Source: Cetorhinus maximus
Taxonomy: Eukaryota
Direction of reading: 5' to 3'
DNA length: 64,000 nt
Assembly (NCBI RefSeq): GCF_964194155.1
Contig: NC_135888.1
Coordinates: forward strand, 134,850,001-134,914,000
The notes under the pieces: generated by a model
Told to the model about the DNA's origin: nothing
Seen by the model: the letters and a program-made list of their open reading frames with translations, nothing else
The model's database searches: none
Part shown: piece after piece, positions 25,038 to 36,799 of the stretch
How the letters are laid out: each line of letters opens with the position of its first letter
Numbering within the stretch: the first letter of the stretch is position 1
Made by a program: the position numbers and the translations under genes

Positions 25038-27784
25038 TTGGTTCTGGTTCGGGGGCCGGTGGGAACTGTACAAGATGGATGGGTTGCACCTTAGCAGGAC
25101 TGTCATGAACATTCTCGCAGGGAGATTTGCTAGTGCTGTTGGGGAGCGTTTAAACTAGATTGGCAGCAGGATGGGAAAGTGACAGGGAGGTCAGATTGTA
25201 GGGAAGCATAACTAGTGACTAGAAGTAAAACAGTAGTAAACCAAACTAGAAGGTTGATAAAACAAAGGTAAGCATCAAATTGGATCAGAATGCGGAATAA
25301 TGTTAAAAATACAACGTTAAGGACACTATCTGAATACTTGCAGAATTCGCAACAAGATAGATGATTTGAAGGCACAAATAGCGGTAAATTGGTATGATTT
25401 ATTTGTCATCAGTGAAGCATGTTTACAAGGTGGACAGGACTGGGAATTGAATATTCAGGGATATTCGTCATTCAGGAAGGATAGATGGAGGGGAACAAGG
25501 AGGTGGGGGCGGCACTATTAATAAGGGACAAGATCAGTGCATTAGTGAGAGAGGATTTTGGATCGAAGGATCTAAAAGTGGATTCGGTTTGCGTGGAGCT
25601 AAGAAGCAGCAAGTCGAATCAAACATTGGTCAGAGTTGTTTACAAGCTACCAAACTGGAGTGGTGATGTTGGGAATGATATAAATCCGGAAATTAGAGCT
25701 GCATCTAATATGGGTAATACTGTAATAATGGGCAGCTTCAATTTACATTTTGACTGGGTAAACTTGATTATTACTAATGCCGTGGAGGAGGAATTCGTGG
25801 ACTGTGTAAGAGATAAGTTTCTGAGCAGTACGTTGAGGAACCAACGAGGAATCAGGCTATTTTAGATTTAGCATTATGTAATGAGAATGGGCTAATTAAC
25901 AGCCTTTCTGTAAAGGAACTATTAGGAAATACTGATCATAATATGAGACAGTAAGTTTGAAAGTGATATAGTTATTCCTGAAACGGGGTTCCTTAATCTG
26001 AGCAAAGACAATTATGAAGCTAAGAGGGGCAGTTGGCTATGGTGGATTGGAAAATACATTAAAAGATTTGATGGTAGACAGGCAATGGCTACTTTTGCAA
26101 GAAGTATGACATGGTCTACAACATACATACATTTCCCTAAGACACAAAAATCCAACAGGAAAGGTGAACCAACGGTGGATAATAAAATAAATTAAAGATT
26201 GCAGTTGATAAAAGAAAATGGTTTTTAAGTTTGCCAGGAAAAAGTGGTAAATCCGAGGATTGGGAGTAATTTATAATCCAGCAAATGATGACCAAGAAAC
26301 TGATAAAGAAATGGAAAAGAGAATATGAATACAAGCTGGCGATTAACATAAGATGGGCTGTAAAAGCTTCTTTAGGCATGTGAAAAGACAAAGATTAGCA
26401 AGGACAAGTGTGCGTACATTGGAAGCGGAGTAAGCAGAATCTATAATGGAGAATAGGGAAATGGTGGAGAAACTAAACAATTACTTTTTGTCAGTCTTCA
26501 CGGAGGAAGACACAGAAAATCTCCCCAAAATAGTAGGGAACCAAAGCATTAGTGAAAATGAGGAGCCAAAAGAAATTAATATTAATAAAAAGGTTGTACT
26601 CGAAACATTAATTGGATTCAAATTTGATAAATCTCCTGGACCAGATAAGCTACATCCCAGAGCTTTGAAGGAGTGGCTATGGAAATAGTGGATGCATTGC
26701 TGGGTATCTTTCAAAATTCTGTAGAATCTGGAAAGGTTCCTGCAGATTGGAAAGTAACAAATGTTTGAGGGGGAGAGAAAACTAAGAACCACAGACCTGT
26801 TAGTTTGATGTCAGTAGTAGAAAAATGTTAAAATCAATGTTAAAGGATGTGATAACTGGACATTTGGAAAATTATGTAATTGGCAAACGTCAGCATGGAT
26901 TTATGAAAGGGAAGTCATGTTTGACAAACGTGTTGGAGCTTTTTGAAGATGTTACTTGTAGCATAGGTAATGGAGAAGCAATGGATGTGATGTATTTGGA
27001 TTTTCAGAAGGCTTTCGATAAGGTCCCACACAGGAGTTGAGTAAACGCAATAAGAACACATGGAGTTGCTGGTAATATACTGGTATGGATTGAGAATTGG
27101 CTAGCAGACAGAAAATGGAAAATAGGAATAAACGGGTCACTTTGAGGATGGCTGGTGATCTGTGCTAGGGCCACAGCTTTCACAATCCATATAAATGATT
27201 TGGATGTGGGGACCAAATATAATATTTACAAATTTACTGATGACACAAAACTAGTTGGGATTGTGTGTTGCGAGGTGGATGCAAGGAGGATTCAAGGAGA
27301 TTTGGGCAGACTGAGTGACTGGACAAGAGCATGGCAGATGGATATAATGTGAATAAGTGTGAACTTATCCACTTTGGTAGGAAGAACAGAAAGGCAGAGT
27401 ATTTCTTAAATGCTAAGAGGTTGGCAAGTGTTGCTGTCAAAAGGGACCTGGGTGTCCTTGTTCATGAATCACTAAAAGCCAGCATGCAAAAAGCAATTAG
27501 GCCTTCATCACCAGGCGATTTGTGTGCCGGTGTAAAGATGCCTCCTGCAATTTTATAGAGCCGTGGTGAGACAGCATCTGTAGTATTGTGTACGGTTTTG
27601 GTCTCCTTGTCCAAAGAAGGGTGTACTTGCCATAGAGGAAATGCAATGGACGGGTCACGAGACTAATACCTGGGATGGCAGAACTATCTTTTGAGGAGAG
27701 ACTGAGGAAAATGGGCCTGTATTCTTTAGAATTTTGAAGAATGAGAAGTGACCTCAATGAAACTTGCGAAATTTTTACAGGGCA

Positions 27785-28110
27785 TGTATGGATGTGGGCA
27801 TCGCTGGCAAGGCCAGCATTTGGTGCCCATCTCTAATTGCCCTTGCTAGGTCACTTCAGAAGGCAGTTAAGAGTCAACCACATTGCTGTGGGTCAGACCA
27901 GGTAAGGACAGTAGAATTCTTTCCCTGAAGGGCATTAGTGAGTCAGATAGGTTTTTGCAACAATCAATGCTTGTTTCATGGTCATTATCACTAAGACTAG
28001 CTTTATATTCTAGATTTATTAACTGATTTTAAATTACCTCAGCTGCCGTGGTGGGATTGGAACCCATACCCCCAGGTCATTAACCAGGGGTATTACCACT
28101 ACGCCACTGT
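27785..28110 (-). mobile_element. tRNA-derived SINE sharing its 3' tail with LINE family A, nested in the CR1
   Basis: Antisense tail (gatgtgggcatcgctggcaaggccagcattt) and B-box-like head; homologous to 52635-53035 and 62990-63315. Confidence 0.8.
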
Positions 28111-28899
28111 CGCTACTTACACCAACGTCGCTACTTAGGCCCCCGTCTGCCTTGGCTGGGGAGCCTAGAACTAGGGGACACTGTCTCAGAATAAGGGGTA
28201 GGCCACTTAAGACTGAGATGAGGAAGAATTTATTCATTGGGACGGTGGCGAATATTTGGAATTCTATACCCCAGAAGGCCCTAGATGTTCAGTCATTGAT
28301 CACGTTCAAGGCAGAAATCGATAGATTTCAGGTAAGTAATGATATCAAGGGATAGGGGGATAGTGGGAAAAGTGTCCTAGAGGTAGATGATCAGCCATGA
28401 TCTCCTTGAATGACGGAGCAGGCTTGGCCTACTCCCGCTCTTACTTGCTATGTTCCTATGAGACATAAAAGAGGCAAAGAGAAATATTAAAAGAAAAACA
28501 CTTTTCTTTAGCTCTGAACCTTTGATTTTCTTCTGAAGTAATGCGACTCTACACTTCTACAGGTATTTTCTCCATGTCCAGATTTTATCAAAACTTCATC
28601 ATTATTAAAACTACATTATTGAAAACTCACACACGCAGAAATGCACCAGCCAATTTTTTTTCAGTCATCCTAAGGCAGCACAAAGAGGAGATACCATACT
28701 TTACTCCACTACAGATTTCAGGACTGAGTCTATCGGTGAAATTCCCAATAGTGTACCCTGTGGAGGAGCAGAGTAACTCTGACAGCAACCTCTGCATTTC
28801 TGCGTTTAACTGCGCACGCGCGGATTCTAGACCTTGCTTTCAGAACCATGCTCTAATAACATGCAGTGCTGATACCGTTGCTGCTGTTATTCAATGCAA

Positions 28900-30170
28900 T
28901 CTTTCCGGAGAACTTCCATCCCCATGATCGTAACAACCGTAACCAAAGTCACATATGATTATTTTCGTATGGTTGTCGCCGTGTTGTCTTATCTTGCCTC
29001 AACTTCCATGTCTTCACTGAAGTCTTTGACATGTGAGACAAGAATATGTTCTCGCAACTGTGTTGCCACACTCGCACTAAACAAAAACAAAATACTACCG
29101 ATGCAGGAATTCTGGAATACAAACAAAATATGCTAAAAAATTTAAAAAAACAGCACGTCAGACAGCATCTGAGAGAACAGAGTTAAAGTTTCAGTTCGAT
29201 GGCCTTTCATTAGAACTCTACTCAGTATGACTTCCCTCGCTTGCCTATTGCACGTGTAACACTGGTCACTGGGTGAATATTCTGTCCCCGCTCTTGGACT
29301 ATTTCACTTCTGCTTTTCCTCCATGACATTACGTTCCACGGTGACATCATCCACAGATGTGTGGTCAGATTTCACATAATATATTGTTGGGAAACCATTT
29401 TACCGTTGCATCAGCAATATCGATCACTTCATTGCCTCTATATTGCTGCATTGCTCGACTCTCAATGAGTCTTCGACGAACTCCAGTGAAATATTGGGAC
29501 ATCAAATGTACTGACTGAAGGCCGCTGCTACAAAACTGACAGCATTATCCATCACCCTCCTTGGCCATTACTTTAGGGTCAATCAGACTGTTCACGACCT
29601 CATTACATACCATGACATGTCCATCACACAGCCTTCCTGCATTCAATCCCATTGTTTTACAACCTACAAACCTGTCCTCACTACTACACCTGTTGTTGAA
29701 AGCCTCATCATTTATTGACTGCGAGCTCAGCTATCCCAACACACTTCTTCGAATTCCCATATTATTCAGTTCATCTGAAACTTTGCTGCCCATATACGAT
29801 TCCAAGCCTAGTTCATAATGATAGTGTTCTCGGTGATTTGCACTGACTTCTGCAGCACCAACCCCCAACCCCACACTTCAAATTTCAAGTTCCCATCCTC
29901 ATATTCAAACTTCGTCAAAGCCACCCTCTGAATTATTTTTGCAACCCCTACACACCTACAATCTCCGTCCGAGAACTCGACTTCCCAAAATTCTGGTCTT
30001 TATTGCAGACACTTCTTTTCGCCATCGCACCATCTCCCAACAAACATATTGGCGGCTTTCCCTTCAGATACCTAGGTCAAACACTTCGAAATTCCTACAT
30101 CTCTAGCTCCTCTAAGACCCTTCTTAAAATCCACTTTTTTGACAAAGCATTTGGTTACACCATCAATCTA
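28900..30170 (+). mobile_element. Old L2 fragment containing a Penelope-type terminus (29080-29218)
   Basis: accaaagtcacatatga, gtctttgacatgtg, ggtgatttgcactgacttc, attggcggctttcccttcagatacctagg. Confidence 0.55.
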
Positions 30171-31629
30171 CATTGTGGCGTTTCTTTGGTTCACCATTTC
30201 TTTCGGATTATGTCCTCGACTTTTATTGCGTTTATAGTACCTAATAAATGATAAGAACTGTTTTTCACATTTCCCGTTTACTAACGCATGTTACTGATAT
30301 AAATAACAGCAACGCAACATTTGATTTTTAACCACATTCGGGATATACTGGAAATATCGGCCTTTCGTACGTACATTTATGCTTCCCCTTCCCTTGACAA
30401 ATTCAAAGACCTACAGGTCCCAGCTCACGTCCAGAAAAGTCTATTCAGTCATTGAACGTCAACATGACATTGATAGGAATTATTTGATGATAACACAGGT
30501 GCCTGAGTTACCAAGTCAGCGTTGTCCAATAACTATGTCGGAATTTCAAAAGAAATTATATAGCGATAGTGATAGAAAGCTAAAGATTTTGGTAATAATG
30601 ATAGTTATGGAACGTTTGCCATCAACTTACTGATTTTAACGCATCCTCTGCGGCCGCTCCTATTATTGAAAGACACAGAGGAGAAATATAGTTTACTTGT
30701 TTCTCAGACACAAATCTCTTTCCTAATAGTACACACAATTCTTTTTGACACGCTCATTGACGAAATCACATCACTTATGGCAAAGGAGGGAGAAGTATAG
30801 GACATCCAGAGCAGTGATTATGGTGAGATAGATTGAATTAGAAGTGACAAATGACACTATTTTACTGAGTCGGTGGTAATTCGTGACGATTTCTTTGGGT
30901 CTTAGACATGATGAACACAGACGGGGCCAAAAGAACTTCCTGAACCTACGTTTCGGTCTCAGTCTCTCCTTCAAGATACGGGAATGGACTGTTATGAACC
31001 TCTCAGTCGGAAAATAAACTATCAATTCCATTTTCTATTGACAAGCAATGCCTGAAGTTTATCGAGAATGTGATGTCAACTTCTGTCTGAATGGGAAAAT
31101 ACCAACCTTTCAGTAGAACATAATGTAACCGAGCTTTCTGACCTTATAATCTACTCGTGCTTGGTTTCATGTTTTGATTTGATGCGCTTGTTGAAAAGGA
31201 AAATACAATCCAAATGTGCTAATTACAAATTTCCAGCAAAGTAGTTGTGCAGAAAGTGTAATCTGTTAATCATAGACTTAAGTGAAGTTAAAAGTACTCT
31301 TCGAAAACTATAATTACTAGATGTATCATTGCAAGGTTTGTCTTGAAGGTTTTATTATTCAAATGTACCGATTTCATACAAATATTGACAATTTATTTAC
31401 GCCTTTCATTGACGCTGCACAATGGTAGGAAACTTGCTCACCTCTGATAGGATACTTCTACGGACAAACTACAGATTGGTTCAGATAAATTGTAGGTGCT
31501 AAGATGTCGGAGGTTACATGTATGGCTATCATTATGAGCCATCGGTAACAATGTATGACATGGAAGAAGGCACGAATAACCGCAGTGTTTTAAAACATAA
31601 GACTGAAATAAAATGTCTATTTCAGGAGT

Positions 31630-31937
31630 TGTTTTTGCGGCGATTCTATTTATTTAGGTTTTCCGCGTCTCGAGGTGCATGAGGGTGAAGGAGCCTGTTT
31701 CTGTAGCTCGCATTTCCTGAAGCCAGAAGGATGCCACTTGCATTAAGCGTGGCTGACCAGACGACCCTTTCACTCTTATCACCTGCTAGAGGTGTGTTGG
31801 AAGGGTTTGCAGGTTGATAATGCTGTTTGGCTGCGTTATGAACGCTCCTTCACTGCCAATCAAGACTCGGGTGGGACTCAAACCCAAAGCTTCAGGTTCA
31901 GAGACAGGGACTCTACCCATTGCGTCACAAGGCCTCC
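31630..31937 (-). mobile_element. tRNA-derived SINE immediately upstream of promoter 3
   Basis: Minus strand ggaggccttgtgacgcaatgggtagagtc..gggtttgagtccc (A/B-box-like head); 3' boundary uncertain. Confidence 0.55.
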
Positions 31938-31984
31938 TTTGAGATTTTAAATTGCACACTCATAAATGTTAAAAATTTGGATAC

Positions 31985-32150
31985 AGCCTAACTTTAAGAG
32001 CAGTTGCTGCAATTATTGGTTGAGTCTCTTCGTGTCGCTGTCTACCAATAAGGAACTTAGAGGCTGCCAGTGATCTACCCACCTCCTCCAGAGAAACAAC
32101 AGAAGCAAAGAGACAGACGGTGCTTGTCTTTATGTTGGACGGCCATACTC
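31985..32150 (+). promoter_or_regulatory. Pcdh promoter 3 (CSE + inverted CCAAT)
   Basis: TGCAA-TTATTGGT(32013-32020)..CGCT(32036-32039)..ACCAATAA(32044-32051). Confidence 0.9.
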
Positions 32151-32283
32151 ACAGAAGATGCCCAGACTGGACCTTTTACATTTCTCAGTTCCCTTTTAGC
32201 GTTTAGAAATATATTCGATTAATTTATGCAGCAGAAGACAACATTTAATATTGTCGGTTTTTTGAAATTTTGCAGTCACAGCG

Positions 32284-34677
32284 ATGGCGAAAACACACAG
32301 CAGCGGGGCGTTTTTCATTTTCCTGCTTTGTGTGTCGGACCTGGTTTCTGGACAAATTCGTTACTCGATTCCTGAGGAACTGGAGCATGGGGCCTTTGTG
32401 GGGAATATCGCTGAGGATTTAGCAATCAAAGTCAGGGAATTGTCATCTCGCAAATTCCGGCTGGTTTCTGATGACAGGAAAAAATACATGGAGGTAAATC
32501 AAGAAAATGGGATTTTATTTGTTAGTGAAAGAATCGACCGGGAACAGATCTGTAGACAAAACTCTCCGTGTTCCCTTTCTTTTCAAGTAGCCCTTGATAA
32601 TCCTTTGGAAATGCATCATGTCGCAGTGGAAATACTGGATGTAAATGACAATTCGCCTAGTTTTTTAAAGGATGAATTCTCCCTGCAGATCGGTGAGTTA
32701 ACTGCACCGGGAGCGCGCTTCCCCGTCGAGAGCGCGCACGATCCGGATGTCGGTACAAATACAATCAGCACTTACCAAATCAGTCCAAACGATCACTTCG
32801 GCATTAAAATGCAGACAAGAACAGATGGAAGTAAAACTGCTGAGTTGTTATTAGAGAAGTCTTTGGATCGTGAGAAACAGTCTAGCTTTTATATTGTAAT
32901 GACGGCCATTGACGGTGGGGTTCCGCACAGATCTGGCACGGCGCAGATTCTGATTATTGTGATGGACGTCAATGATAACGCACCTGTATTCGATCATGAA
33001 ATCTATCGAGCGACTATGCCAGAAAACGCCCCTCAAGGTACCTTAGTAACAAAGATCAATGCTGTTGATTTAGATCAAGGCGTGAACGCTGAGTTAACAT
33101 ATTCTTTTACAAGCCACGTGTCCGAAAGAATTGGCGAGCTGTTCAAATTGGACCCATTAACTGGAGAGATCAGAGTTCAAGCTGTACTGGATTTTGAAGA
33201 ATCAAGTGTTTATGAACTTGATGTGCGAGCAGTGGACAACGCTCCACCTATTATGGCAGGACATGCCAAAGTTATGGTCGATCTAATTGATATGAATGAT
33301 AACGCCCCTATGATCGAAGTGAGCTCGGTATCCAGCAGAGTCCCTGAAGATGCTGCACCAGGGTCAGTAATAGCTGCAATCAGTGTCACGGATTTAGATT
33401 CTGGAGCAAATGGGCAGGTAAAATGCCAAGTTCTCGGAGATATTCCATTTAAACTTCAAAGGTTTTTGGCTAATAACTATAAATTGGTAACACGCGATAT
33501 TCTGGATCGCGAAACAGCCCCGCTGTACAGCATAAATATTTCAGCCTGGGATGGAGGGTCCCCCCCTCTTCATACAAGCAAAACTATTTTGGTGTCGGTT
33601 TCAGATATAAATGACAACGCACCACGCTTTACAGAATCATCATATAACGTGTATTTGATGGAGAACAATATCCCCGGCGGATCTATATTTGCTGTTAGCG
33701 CTTTAGATTCAGATCTGGATCAGAATGGGGAGGTGATCTATTCAATTTTGGACAATCAGAGAGACGAAAGTCCGACGTCTGTTTACGTCACAATTAACTC
33801 CAAAAATGGCAACCTTTACGCGATTCGTTCCTTTGACTATGAAAAAATGAAGTATTTCCATGTCAAAGTTCAAGCTCAGGATGCTGGATCTCTCCCGCTG
33901 AGCAGCACTGCCATCGTCAATTTTATTATCTTGGACCAAAATGACAATGCCCCGATTATTGTTTCGCCTTTAACGTGGAACAGTTCAGCATCAGTGGAGA
34001 TTGTGCCCCAGTCAGTGTATCCGGGTTACTTGGTCACCAAGTTGATCGCGACTGATGCCGATTCCGGTCAGAACGCACGGCTTTCCTACCAACTGTTGGG
34101 GGCTACTGACCCTGAACTGTTTACCGTGGGGCCCCTGACTGGGGAAGTACGAGCAACTCAACGATTTAAAGACCAGGACATCATCACGGAACGATTAATC
34201 CTCCGTGTGAAGGACAATGGACAGCCAAGCCTCTCTACTACCGTCACAGTCTCGTTTTCAATCGTCCCCAATACTACTGAAATATCTTCCAAACGAAGCA
34301 ACGCACCCAGCCAGTCCGAATATTTCTCCGATTTAAATCGTTATTTGATCATCATTTTTGGTTCGACTTCATTTCTGTTTCTCGTAACCATCATTTTGCT
34401 GATCGCCTTGAAGCTTAAACAAAACAGAAATACTGCAGAAAACTACAATTGTACAACTTGTTCCTGCAGACGAAGCAATTCGAATAATGTTTTTAATCAG
34501 AGACCTGCAACAAAGCAGCCTTTAAATTATAGCGGGCCTGGTCAAACTGAAGGCTTTGGTTATACTGTCTGTTTATCACCAGAATCATCGAAAAGCGATT
34601 TTCTGTTTCTAAAGCCCTGTCATCCTACGTTGCCTTTCAGTGAAGTGAATGTCCGGGATACCAACGCGATGAATTAG
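32284..34677 (+). CDS. Clustered protocadherin, variable-exon type, 797 aa
   Basis: Same architecture as gene 1: QIRYSIPEE, six EC repeats, TM, YTVCLSPESSKSDFLFLKPC. Confidence 0.97.
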   Translation: MAKTHSSGAFFIFLLCVSDLVSGQIRYSIPEELEHGAFVGNIAEDLAIKVRELSSRKFRLVSDDRKKYMEVNQENGILFVSERIDREQICRQNSPCSLSFQVALDNPLEMHHVAVEILDVNDNSPSFLKDEFSLQIGELTAPGARFPVESAHDPDVGTNTISTYQISPNDHFGIKMQTRTDGSKTAELLLEKSLDREKQSSFYIVMTAIDGGVPHRSGTAQILIIVMDVNDNAPVFDHEIYRATMPENAPQGTLVTKINAVDLDQGVNAELTYSFTSHVSERIGELFKLDPLTGEIRVQAVLDFEESSVYELDVRAVDNAPPIMAGHAKVMVDLIDMNDNAPMIEVSSVSSRVPEDAAPGSVIAAISVTDLDSGANGQVKCQVLGDIPFKLQRFLANNYKLVTRDILDRETAPLYSINISAWDGGSPPLHTSKTILVSVSDINDNAPRFTESSYNVYLMENNIPGGSIFAVSALDSDLDQNGEVIYSILDNQRDESPTSVYVTINSKNGNLYAIRSFDYEKMKYFHVKVQAQDAGSLPLSSTAIVNFIILDQNDNAPIIVSPLTWNSSASVEIVPQSVYPGYLVTKLIATDADSGQNARLSYQLLGATDPELFTVGPLTGEVRATQRFKDQDIITERLILRVKDNGQPSLSTTVTVSFSIVPNTTEISSKRSNAPSQSEYFSDLNRYLIIIFGSTSFLFLVTIILLIALKLKQNRNTAENYNCTTCSCRRSNSNNVFNQRPATKQPLNYSGPGQTEGFGYTVCLSPESSKSDFLFLKPCHPTLPFSEVNVRDTNAMN

Positions 34678-35009
34678 TTTAGACAACAGCTTTGACGCTG
34701 GCAGGTAATCCAATTTGATGAAGAGTTATATGTGCTCCTTCAACAGATACGTTTTGTATATTTGACTGAATGCCTCCATTGCTAGTAGAAGGCATGTTAG
34801 GCTAATTTCTTACCGGTCTTGCTATGTTGGTTTATTTCCTGTTACTGATCATATCTGATTGCATGCTGCTTTTGTGACAGCCCTAAGTAGTACACACTGT
34901 GTTAACCTTAGGTTGAAGACTGGGTTTTATTTGTTTCAGTTCTTATTCCGTTGTTGTGTGTTGGTGTTTTGCCGTATGTACATTAACTAGTCAGTGTCAC
35001 AAGGGCATT

Positions 35010-35338
35010 GGCAGAAGGGTCGAATACTGGAGAACACCGATTTAAACTGATTGGGAAATAAAAAAAACAACAGAGGCGCCATGAGGAAAAACTATTTTAC
35101 ATGCCAGTGGTTATGATCTGGAATGCACTGCCTGAGAGAGTGACGGAGGCTGTTTCAATCCTGCTTTCGAAAGGGGATTTGGATATTTAACTGAACAGAA
35201 AGATTTCCAGGGCTATGGGGGAAAGGCGGGCGGGCGTGGGAATAAGTGAGTTGCCCTCACAGGGGGGCGCCGCGGATACGATGGGTCGAATGACCTTCTA
35301 CTGCGCTGTAACCATTTTATGATTCTACAATTCTATGG
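35010..35338 (+). mobile_element. CR1 3' fragment
   Basis: atctggaatgcactgcctgagag..gatgggtcgaatgaccttctactgcgctgtaaccattttatgattcta. Confidence 0.8.
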
Positions 35339-36619
35339 TTTCTGCACCAGAGTAATTTCGCCTGTAACTGTAGCCCTCTATCGAATTAAGACTGAGGGAT
35401 TACAAGTCAAAGTGAATTAAACACTTTGGATTTAACCTTGTGTATAGTGACAATGTATACGTTTTTAAGTAAACACCCCTGTCTAAAATATTACATTGTA
35501 TCCACGAATAATATCTAGTAATTGACTCGAATTTATAGAAGTCATACTTACTTCTGTCTTTACGCAATATGCCAAGTTGTTGGGGAAGTAACCTCTTATA
35601 ATTTAACCTAATTTAGGTACTCGCGAATCACAAACAGCTCACAAATGCATTCAGTATCTGTTACTCTGTAGGTGATGTCACGCTAGTTATTCTCAATCCT
35701 GAAGGCGTCACGTTTCTGCCACAGCGTGTGACACGCACGTGACCTTCTGCTTTTTAATGATTATATATGATCTTGTGAATTTGCAATCCAGCCACCGGGT
35801 CTAATGCTTAATGCAAAACGCTTGTGAACTTTTTTTTGTGCGACATGTTTCCCCTCAGTAGCTAATATATCTTGCGTTCAAACAAGGAATTAAACAAAAT
35901 GAATACAATGAGAATACCACACAGTTGACAATAATATGATTATGTTTGTCAAGTGAATTGCCATTTTATGACCTGATTCAAGTTTAATCTCCAGGACTAC
36001 ATGTTGGGTTTGGAATTCGACACATCACATGATTCAGTGAGCTGAATTTAGTTTGTCCAATGTTTACACGTTCAATGTGATTCACTTCTAGGGTGCATCA
36101 GAACTGTTCAGTAATTAGTATTGCTGGAATTCTCCTGCACGCTGGTTTTCATTTTTTTTTTTTGTTGAGGAAATGTTAAGGAACAAATTCCAAAATCTCT
36201 ATTCAGGTAAAGGTTAATTGGGTTATTCTTGAAAGACAGTATGTGTATTAACAACAATGAGGTATAAAGAAAACGCCAGACACTGATAACTAACCTATTG
36301 CAAAATTTGTATTAGCTCTTTAAAAGTCAGAAGGTTTATAAAATTCAGAGGAAATGCTTTTCCTATTGTAACTAAGCTAAAAAAAGGAAGAAATTAGTTT
36401 CCTATTATGTGATCCGGTTATTTCTGTTTTTGGTGACATTTAGAATATCTAAACGTTGGACTTCCTAAAAGCTGTCAGATAAGCTACAGAGACAAACTCA
36501 ATGTATTTAATTATTTGATTTGTATCTTGAATAAACACAAAACGGAATTGATTATGAAAAGTTATAATTACCTTCTGCATTTTGATGCTAATTCGATAAT
36601 CATGTTTTCATTTGTGCAT

Positions 36620-36708
36620 GAGAGAGAGAGAGAGAGAGCACACAAGATAGATAGATAGGTAGATAGATAGAGAGATAGATAGAGAGAGAAAGAGAGATAG
36701 AGAGAGAC
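36620..36708. repeat. (GA)n/(GATA)n microsatellite
   Basis: Direct observation. Confidence 0.9.
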
Positions 36709-36799
36709 AATGACATATGTTCAGGAATCAATCAAAGCACACAAAATTCAATACTTATATGATACATAAAAGCATTATATAACAGCAATGTTAGGTGTA

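Larger units (their letters stand above)
23790..28460 (+). mobile_element. Near full-length decayed CR1 LINE (ORF1 with SGNH esterase-like domain, ORF2 EN-RT)
   Basis: AIVIGNSFVR and YKMDGLHL (ORF1 esterase), TVIMGSFN (EN), KSPGPDKLHPRALKE, QHGFMKGKSCLTN, YLDFQKAFDKVPH, FTDDTKL; tail ..gctatgttcctatg. Confidence 0.9.
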